NCBI RefSeq assembly: GCF_000020025.1
Contig: NC_010628.1
Span: 3,150,001 to 3,182,000 of the forward strand
Length of the DNA stretch: 32,000 nt
From: Nostoc punctiforme PCC 73102
GTDB taxonomy: Bacteria; Cyanobacteriota; Cyanobacteriia; Cyanobacteriales; Nostocaceae
Direction: 5' to 3'
Position numbers and translations under genes: made by a program. This document shows positions 26,392-32,000 of this stretch, piece by piece. Under the pieces are notes generated by a model. The model worked only from the letters and a program-made list of their open reading frames with translations. It made no database searches and was not told the origin of the DNA. Numbering within the stretch: the first letter of the stretch is position 1; each line of letters opens with the position of its first letter.

Positions 26392-27813
26392 ATGACTGAA
26401 CACACAGACTCTCAATTCCGCATCGAACGCGATTCGATGGGCGATCGCCAAATTGCTAGTAGCTTTTATTACGGCATTCAAACGCTACGGGCGATCGAAA
26501 ACTTTCCTATTAGTGGCATTAAGCCTTTAGCTACTTACGTAGATGCTGGATTAATCATTAAAAAAGCTACAGCAATTGTCAATGGAGAACTGAATTGTAT
26601 TCCCGAAGATATTAGTCAGGCGATTGTCCAAGCAACTGATGAAATCCTGGCTGGGAAGTTCCGGGATCAGTTTGTCGTGGATGTTTATCAGGCAGGTGCT
26701 GGAACATCCCACCACATGAATGTCAACGAAGTTCTGGCAAATCGCGCCTTAGAAATTCTGGGTGAAGAAAAGGGCAATTACAAACGTGTTAGTCCTAACG
26801 ATCACGTTAACTATGGGCAGTCTACCAATGATGTGATTCCTACTGCCATTCGGATTGGTGGTTTATTGGCATTATCCAAGACATTACACCCAGCAATAGA
26901 AGGTGCGATCGCATCCTTAGAAAACAAAGCTGTAGAATTTCAAGATATTGTCAAATCTGGCAGAACCCACTTACAAGACGCTGTACCCGTGCGTTTGGGT
27001 GAAAATTTTCGCGCTTGGGCGCACATTCTTACAGAACACCAAAACCGGATTTACACCGCCTCTGGAGATTTGATGGTGCTGGGTTTGGGAGGTAGTGCAG
27101 CAGGAACCGGTTTAAATACTCATCCTCTATATCGCGCCCGTGTAGTAGAAGTTCTTTCAGAATTGATTGATACACCTTTAGAACCTGCGCCCCATCTCAT
27201 GGCAGCTATGCAGAGTATGGCTCCATTTGTAAATGTTTCCGGTGCTTTACGCAATTTAGCGCAGGATTTAGTCAAAATATCTCATGACTTGCGGCTGATG
27301 GATTCGGGACCAAAAACTGGTTTGAAAGAAATCCAACTTCCCCCAGTGCAACCCGGTTCCTCGATTATGCCAGGGAAATATAACCCAGTCATGGCAGAGA
27401 TGACATCAATGGTGTGTTTTCAGGTGATGGGTTATGACAGTGCGATCACATTAGCCGCACAAGCCGGACAATTAGAATTAAATGTGATGATGCCGCTAAT
27501 TGCCTATAACTTGATTCACAGTATCGAAATTCTCGGCAATACCATCGCTGCACTCACCGAACGCTGCATCGAGGGAATTACTGCAAATCAAGAACGTTGT
27601 TTAGCTTATGCCGAAGGCAGTTTAGCTTTAGTAACCGCACTAAACACCCACATTGGTTATTTAAACGCTGCTGCTGTCGCCAAAGAATCTTTAGAAACTG
27701 GTAAATCCCTGCGGCAAATTGTTCTAGAACGGGGATTAATGAGTGAAACAGACTTAGCCACAGTGTTAAATCTAGAACACATGAGTGGTATCTTACCGCT
27801 CAAAACAGAATAA
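26392..27813 (+). CDS. aspA: Aspartate ammonia-lyase (class II fumarase/aspartase family)
   Basis: 473 aa with the signature GSSIMPGKYNP. The N-terminal RIERDSMG...YYGIQTLRAIENFPISG is aspartase-like rather than FumC-like. Confidence 0.8.
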   Translation: MTEHTDSQFRIERDSMGDRQIASSFYYGIQTLRAIENFPISGIKPLATYVDAGLIIKKATAIVNGELNCIPEDISQAIVQATDEILAGKFRDQFVVDVYQAGAGTSHHMNVNEVLANRALEILGEEKGNYKRVSPNDHVNYGQSTNDVIPTAIRIGGLLALSKTLHPAIEGAIASLENKAVEFQDIVKSGRTHLQDAVPVRLGENFRAWAHILTEHQNRIYTASGDLMVLGLGGSAAGTGLNTHPLYRARVVEVLSELIDTPLEPAPHLMAAMQSMAPFVNVSGALRNLAQDLVKISHDLRLMDSGPKTGLKEIQLPPVQPGSSIMPGKYNPVMAEMTSMVCFQVMGYDSAITLAAQAGQLELNVMMPLIAYNLIHSIEILGNTIAALTERCIEGITANQERCLAYAEGSLALVTALNTHIGYLNAAAVAKESLETGKSLRQIVLERGLMSETDLATVLNLEHMSGILPLKTE

Positions 27814-27824
27814 TAGATTATGGT

Positions 27825-27922
27825 GAATTGGGAATTGGGCATTGGACAATAATTAATAGTTCTTCTCCCCCTGCTCCCAGCTCTCTTGCTTCTTCCCCAT
27901 TGTCCATTCCCCATTCCCAATC
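27825..27922. repeat. Hairpin repeat of GGGAATT/CCCATT-type units in the aspA-DUF362 spacer
   Basis: The arms are GAATTGGGAATTGGGCATTGGACAAT and ATTGTCCATTCCCCATTCCCAAT. The internal block CCCCCT..CTCTCTTGCTTCTTCCCCA recurs, inverted, at 28897-28993. Confidence 0.65.
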
Positions 27923-27923
27923 T

Positions 27924-28895
27924 ATGCAGACTCAAAAACCATCTGTTAGTCTCATTCGGGCTACATCTTATGAACGAGAGGCTTTACGAGAATCCTTAGT
28001 AATTCTCCTAGAACCTTTTGGAGGAATAGCAGCATTTGTTAAAAAAGGCGATCGCGTTTTACTCAAACCCAATCTACTTACAGGGTCGCGTCCTGGTAAA
28101 GAGTGTATCACCCGTGCCGAACTAGTTTACGAAGTTGCCCAAATGGTAATTGAAGTTGGCGGTAAGCCCTTTTTGGGTGATAGTCCTGCTTTTGGTAGTG
28201 CCAAGGGCGTAGCAATAGCAAACGGCTATCTGCCTATTTTAGAAGAACTCAATCTTCCCATCATCGATTTTCACGGTCAGCGTTACCAAACAATTAGTGA
28301 TAATTTTAACCATCTGCGACTGTCTAAAGAAGCAATGGAAGCAGATGTAGTGATTAATCTACCTAAAGTTAAATCTCATGCCCAGTTGACATTAACACTG
28401 GGTGTAAAAAACTTGTTTGGTTGCGTCCCCGGCAAAATGAAAGCTTGGTGGCACATGGAAGCCGGAAAAGATGCGAATAGATTTGGTGAAATGTTAGTAG
28501 AAACTGCCAGAGCTATTAACCCTAACTTAACCATATTAGATGGCATCATAGGTCATGAAGGAAATGGCCCTAGTAATGGTGAACCTCGCCAACTAGGAAT
28601 TTTAGCAGCCGCATCAGATATATTTGCTTTAGATCGGGCAATGGTAGAAATTCTCAATGTTCCTCCTGAACAAGTGCCCACAGTTGCAGCTTCCCAAAGA
28701 CTCGGAGTTTGTCCAGAACTAACTGCTATCGAGTTTCCACATTTAAATCCTGACTTATTAAAAATAGAAGATTGGCGGCTACCAGACAAGTTGATGCCCA
28801 TTGATTTTGGTATGCCTCGCGTAATTAAGTCTACCTTTAAGCATCTTTACACCCGATTTATCAAAGAACCAATTAGTGTTTACGGAAGGAACTAA
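27924..28895 (+). CDS. DUF362 domain-containing protein
   Basis: GDRVLLKPNLL and the later KSH...NLFGC and GHEGNGP blocks are typical of DUF362. I prefer the start MQTQKPSVSLIRA at 27924, because the ORF-track extension from 27828 is a translation of the upstream repeat. Confidence 0.75.
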   Translation: MQTQKPSVSLIRATSYEREALRESLVILLEPFGGIAAFVKKGDRVLLKPNLLTGSRPGKECITRAELVYEVAQMVIEVGGKPFLGDSPAFGSAKGVAIANGYLPILEELNLPIIDFHGQRYQTISDNFNHLRLSKEAMEADVVINLPKVKSHAQLTLTLGVKNLFGCVPGKMKAWWHMEAGKDANRFGEMLVETARAINPNLTILDGIIGHEGNGPSNGEPRQLGILAAASDIFALDRAMVEILNVPPEQVPTVAASQRLGVCPELTAIEFPHLNPDLLKIEDWRLPDKLMPIDFGMPRVIKSTFKHLYTRFIKEPISVYGRN

Positions 28896-28896
28896 G

Positions 28897-28993
28897 AACT
28901 GGTAACTGGGGAAGAAGCAAAAGAGTAGGGGGAAAATTCCTCTCTCTCTGCACCCCTTACCCCTGCTTCTCTGCCACTTCTCCATGCCCAATT
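28897..28993. repeat. Inverted partial copy of the 27825-27922 repeat
   Basis: Its reverse complement contains AATTGGGCATGGA and CCCCCTACTCTTTTGCTTCTTCCCCA. The left copy has AATTGGGCATTGGA and CCCCCTGCTCCCAGCTCTCTTGCTTCTTCCCCA. Confidence 0.55.
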
Positions 28994-29067
28994 TAGTGCA
29001 AACTTCGTTACAGCAATTTCAATTATTAGCAGAGTAATCTGTAATTACCCTCCGATTGCTTAACCAG

Positions 29068-29099
29068 ACCGCCCTATTATATTTAGTGGCGGTTTTTTT
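29068..29099 (+). terminator. Intrinsic terminator
   Basis: ACCGCCCTA-ttatatt-TAGTGGCGGT forms a stem of about 9 bp with a 1-nt bulge. It is followed by TTTTTT. Confidence 0.6.
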
Positions 29100-29787
29100 A
29101 GCTGATACGCCACTTTCTAAAATATTATTTACTCTACCTATATATAGATTGACAAAAAGGCAGTGACATTACACAGATATTAAGATTTAAATTCTGAAAT
29201 ATTTGTTTAGTGTTATCACTGAATTTATGCTGCCCAACACAGTTAATGTATCTGTATTTCTTCGGGAATTATGATTGGTTATAAAAAACATTCCTACCAT
29301 TTCTTCTTTGGTGTCAAATATTTGTGTGTATAACTACTGGATAACAATCGAAACCATTGATAGATATTCAGTGCTTTCGCGGTTTTGTATTTTGTATCAC
29401 AAATTAGCAATTCCAGTAAAATGACCTTATCAAAGGCATTTTAGGATGTTATACTCATGAAGTATCAGACAAATATGTTTTGCTAATTAATCTTTAACCA
29501 GCGAAAAAATGTAATTTATGATGCTGTCAAAGTTGGCTTTGCGTATGCAAACCATTACACCATACAGGGAAACATCTGAAAATATTAATTACAAAACAAA
29601 ACATGATTTGTTTAGTTGTAACTTTGTATTAAGAACTCCATGTATAAAAAGGCTATTATGACAGTTGTCTAACTGGTTTAGATTGTAGGATGCTACACAT
29701 TTTACAGTTTAAAAATAGCTAACATAGCATTAAGACTCTCAATCAGAGAGTAGACCTACACAGTGTTACGAATAACTTCAACTTTGT

Positions 29788-29976
29788 ATGAATTCAAATA
29801 GCCAGTCTGCCAATTCTAACGACACATATTCCCAACGTTTGGCAGACATTGTGGGAACTGCGATCGCTCTATTGACTCTTACCCTACCCGTATTTGTCAT
29901 CGCCCACTATTCTTCAACTAATGTTCAAAATAACCAGCAACCCCTGATCCAAAACCTACAAGGAAGTAAAGATTGA
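29788..29976 (+). CDS. Small hypothetical single-pass membrane protein
   Basis: 62-aa ORF with one clear TM helix (IVGTAIALLTLTLPVFVIA). There is no SD sequence. A strong terminator follows at 30112. Confidence 0.35.
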   Translation: MNSNSQSANSNDTYSQRLADIVGTAIALLTLTLPVFVIAHYSSTNVQNNQQPLIQNLQGSKD

Positions 29977-30111
29977 TAAAGTTTTCCAGTAGCATTTCAT
30001 CAGGAATAACCTGAATTTATATAGTATGACTCCAGGTTTCGGGTGTCTTGACAGAGTAGGGCAGAAATCCCCCCAACAGCAATCAAGGGCGGGGGAAAAT
30101 AATACCATCTT

Positions 30112-30157
30112 GGAAAAAGCGTTGCGAATTAACTTCGCAACGCTTTTTCCATTTTTT
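30112..30157. terminator. Bidirectional intrinsic terminator
   Basis: GGAAAAAGCGTTGCGAA-ttaac-TTCGCAACGCTTTTTCC forms a perfect 17-bp stem and is followed by ATTTTTT. Confidence 0.75.
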
Positions 30158-30406
30158 AGAGCAGTGGGGAGATGAGGAGGACAAGGGAGACGAAGAATTA
30201 TTGAACAATTCTCTTTCCAATGGCCCATACTTCTCTACGAGAGGCTGCGCCCTAAGCGTAGCTATGCCGCAGGCTTTACGACTGCGCTCAGTACAAGTTC
30301 CCAATTCCCAATTCCCCATCAGAGATCCATATTGCCCTAAAATTCTACACGGGGAGCGAAGCTGACTGAGTGCCCCCATGATTCACTGTTATCAGAGGAC
30401 TTTTTT

Positions 30407-30919
30407 GTGGATTTATCTCGTATTCCTGCCCAACCGAAACCCGGTTTAATCAACGTTCTGATTGAAATTACTGGCGGAAGTAAAAATAAATACGAATACG
30501 ACAAGGAACTAGAAGCTTTTGCTCTAGACCGAGTACTTTATTCCTCGGTAAAATATCCTTATGACTATGGCTTTGTACCCAATACTTTGGCAGATGATGG
30601 CGATCCCCTCGATGGGATGGTCATAATTGATGAGCCAACCTTCCCAGGCTGTATTATTGCTGCACGACCGATTGGCTTCTTGGAAATGATTGACGGTGGC
30701 GATCGCGATGAAAAAATCCTTTGTGTTCCTGACAAAGATCCCCGTTACACTCAGGTTAAATCCCTGAAAGATGTAGCGCCACACCGCTTAGATGAAATCG
30801 CTGAATTTTTCCGTAGTTATAAAAATTTGGAAAAAAAGGTGACTGAAATTCTCGGTTGGCAAGATGTGGACAAGGTTGCAGCTTTAGTAGAAAAATCCGT
30901 CAAAGCTTATAGAGGATAA
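30407..30919 (+). CDS. ppa: Inorganic pyrophosphatase (family I)
   Basis: 170 aa with a GTG start. (M)[12 protein letters not shown]...NKYEYDKE...DGDPLD are canonical Ppa blocks. Confidence 0.92.
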   Translation: MDLSRIPAQPKPGLINVLIEITGGSKNKYEYDKELEAFALDRVLYSSVKYPYDYGFVPNTLADDGDPLDGMVIIDEPTFPGCIIAARPIGFLEMIDGGDRDEKILCVPDKDPRYTQVKSLKDVAPHRLDEIAEFFRSYKNLEKKVTEILGWQDVDKVAALVEKSVKAYRG

Positions 30920-30929
30920 TAGAAGAGTT

Positions 30930-31008
30930 AGGAGTTAGGAGTTAAGAGTTATAAATTTTTATTCCTCAATCCTAACTCCTTTACAGACGCGATTAATCGC
31001 GTCTCTAC
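30930..31008 (+). repeat. Composite intercistronic repeat (AGGAGTTAGGA..TCCTAACTCCT hairpin plus the AGACGCGATTAATCGCGTCT palindrome)
   Basis: It follows the ppa stop directly and precedes panD. It has the same two-module order as the 25585-25652 copy when each is read in the direction of transcription. Confidence 0.75.
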
Positions 31009-31063
31009 TCATAAATTTCGCTTGTTACGGATCGCAAAAACTGCCACCAAATCCTAAACCAAA

Positions 31064-31447
31064 ATGCAGCGTACTCTCCTTTTGGCAAAAATTCATAATT
31101 GCACCCTTACAGGGGCGAATATCAACTACGTGGGTAGTATCAGCATCGATGAAATCCTTTTGGAAAAGGCTGGGATCTTACCTTATGAACAAGTGCAAGT
31201 AGTTAATAGTGCCAATGGTCAGCGTTTTATTACTTATGCGATCCCGGCTCCAGCCCATTCAGGAGTAATTGAGCTAAATGGGGGTGCAGCACGTTTAGGC
31301 ATTATTGGCGATCGCTTGATTATAATGACTTACGGGCAGTTCACTCCAGAAGAGTTAAAAAATTACTCTCCTACGGTAGTCATTGTGGACGAAAAAAACA
31401 GGCTGTTGGAAGTTCGGCGCTACGATGACCTGCTCGTTAAGGTCTAA
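31064..31447 (+). CDS. panD: Aspartate 1-decarboxylase
   Basis: 127 aa. [30 protein letters not shown] includes the self-processing G-S site. Confidence 0.92.
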
Positions 31448-31458
31448 TTTGAAGGAAA

Positions 31459-32000
31459 ATGTCAAATTTTGAGTTGTCGGATTCCCAGAGCTACGTACCT
31501 GAAAAGTCTGCTATCCTGCCAAGTAGCCCAGCAGATGAATTTATTGTGCAATTTTGGGGTGTAAGGGGTTTGATTCCCACCCCAGACACCAGCACCAACC
31601 GCTATGGTGGTAATACTGCTTGTGTAGAAATATATGTAGGTGGGAAACGCCTGATTTTTGATGGCGGTACTGGCTTACGCATACTGGGTAAAACTTGGCA
31701 AGAACTACAACAGCCAATACAAGCCCATTTATTTTTTACCAACTGTCAATCAAATCGGATTCAAGGGTTTCCCTTTTTTGCTCCCGCATTTATTGTAGAA
31801 AATTGCTTTCATATTTACGGCACAGCTGCCTCAAATGGAGCCTCAATCAAACAATGTTTGTACGATCAGATGCTCCAGCCCCACTTTCCTTATCCTTTAC
31901 AGGTAATGCAGTCGGAATTGCAGTTTTACAATCTGACTCCAGACAGTGATGTAAAGCTAGATGATGTTATCATTACAACCGCATTAATCAATCAAACTCA
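31459..32000 (+). CDS. MBL-fold (metallo-beta-lactamase superfamily) protein with a degenerate metal-binding motif; the 3' end is beyond the window
   Basis: My own translation from the ATG at 31459 gives MSNFELSDSQ...FIVQFWGVRGLIPTPDTSTNRYGGNTACVEIYVGGKRLIFDGGTGLRILG...HLFFTNCQSNRIQGFPFFAPAF...HIYG. The frame stays open to the window end. It is not in the ORF track because it is truncated. Confidence 0.7.
   Translation, partial: MSNFELSDSQSYVPEKSAILPSSPADEFIVQFWGVRGLIPTPDTSTNRYGGNTACVEIYVGGKRLIFDGGTGLRILGKTWQELQQPIQAHLFFTNCQSNRIQGFPFFAPAFIVENCFHIYGTAASNGASIKQCLYDQMLQPHFPYPLQVMQSELQFYNLTPDSDVKLDDVIITTALINQT

Noticed and set aside
27828-27923. The 32-codon N-terminal extension of the DUF362 ORF
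   Set aside because: The extension (MGIGHWTIINSSSPPAPSSLASSPLSIPHSQS) is a translation of the hairpin repeat. The true start is more likely the ATG at 27924.
29518-29661. A 47-codon ORF (MMLSKLALRMQTITPYRETSENINYKTKHDLFSCNFVLRTPCIKRLL) in the long intergenic region
   Set aside because: It has no SD sequence, no recognisable motif and a composition typical of random AT-rich sequence. It cannot be supported without conservation data.
29956-30379. Minus-strand ORFs 29956..30228 and 30083..30379
   Set aside because: They read through the 17-bp terminator hairpin and the CCCAATT-type and GCTGCGCC...GCAGGC dispersed repeats. Their translations are repeat-derived low complexity, so they are unlikely to be genes.
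26392-31447. A functional aspA-panD (aspartate to beta-alanine) cluster
   Set aside because: The two genes are about 3.3 kb apart. They are separated by DUF362, two terminators, a long intergenic region and ppa, so there is no evidence of co-regulation.

Overview
The window looks like chromosomal DNA from a filamentous, Nostocales-type cyanobacterium. Three things support this: about 30 copies of the HIP1 octamer GCGATCGC, heptamer-based intergenic repeats, and the GACGCGATTAATCGCGTC hairpin repeat. The core genes are thyX, an hli gene, sfsA, hemE, ldcA, pgsA, aspA, ppa and panD. There is also a B12/radical-SAM enzyme, an SDR, two orphan solute-binding proteins, and DUF362 and MBL-fold proteins. 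Three AT-rich stretches lack HIP1 and look like accessory islets. (A) 2.6-5.0 kb holds tandem secreted DUF642-like paralogs, one with and one without a PEP-CTERM anchor, plus a ModA-like binding protein. (B) 7.2-11.0 kb holds a PF10014-type 2OG-Fe dioxygenase convergent with a DUF711 protein, followed by a 1640-bp IS element. The IS has a 9-bp target duplication, has split a TPR gene at codon 19, and carries a frameshifted transposase. (C) 19.8-24.6 kb holds two divergent glycosyltransferase-to-methyltransferase cassettes, one with a fused double methyltransferase. Other notable points are a composite hairpin repeat reused between co-directional genes, an ORF-free AT-rich stretch of about 800 bp, and an MBL-fold protein with a degenerate metal motif. 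I found no CRISPR array, tRNA or rRNA, and no recognisable defence system. No single candidate for a novel system stands out. Islets B and C are the best leads. All calls rest on reading the sequence and remembered family motifs, with no database search.
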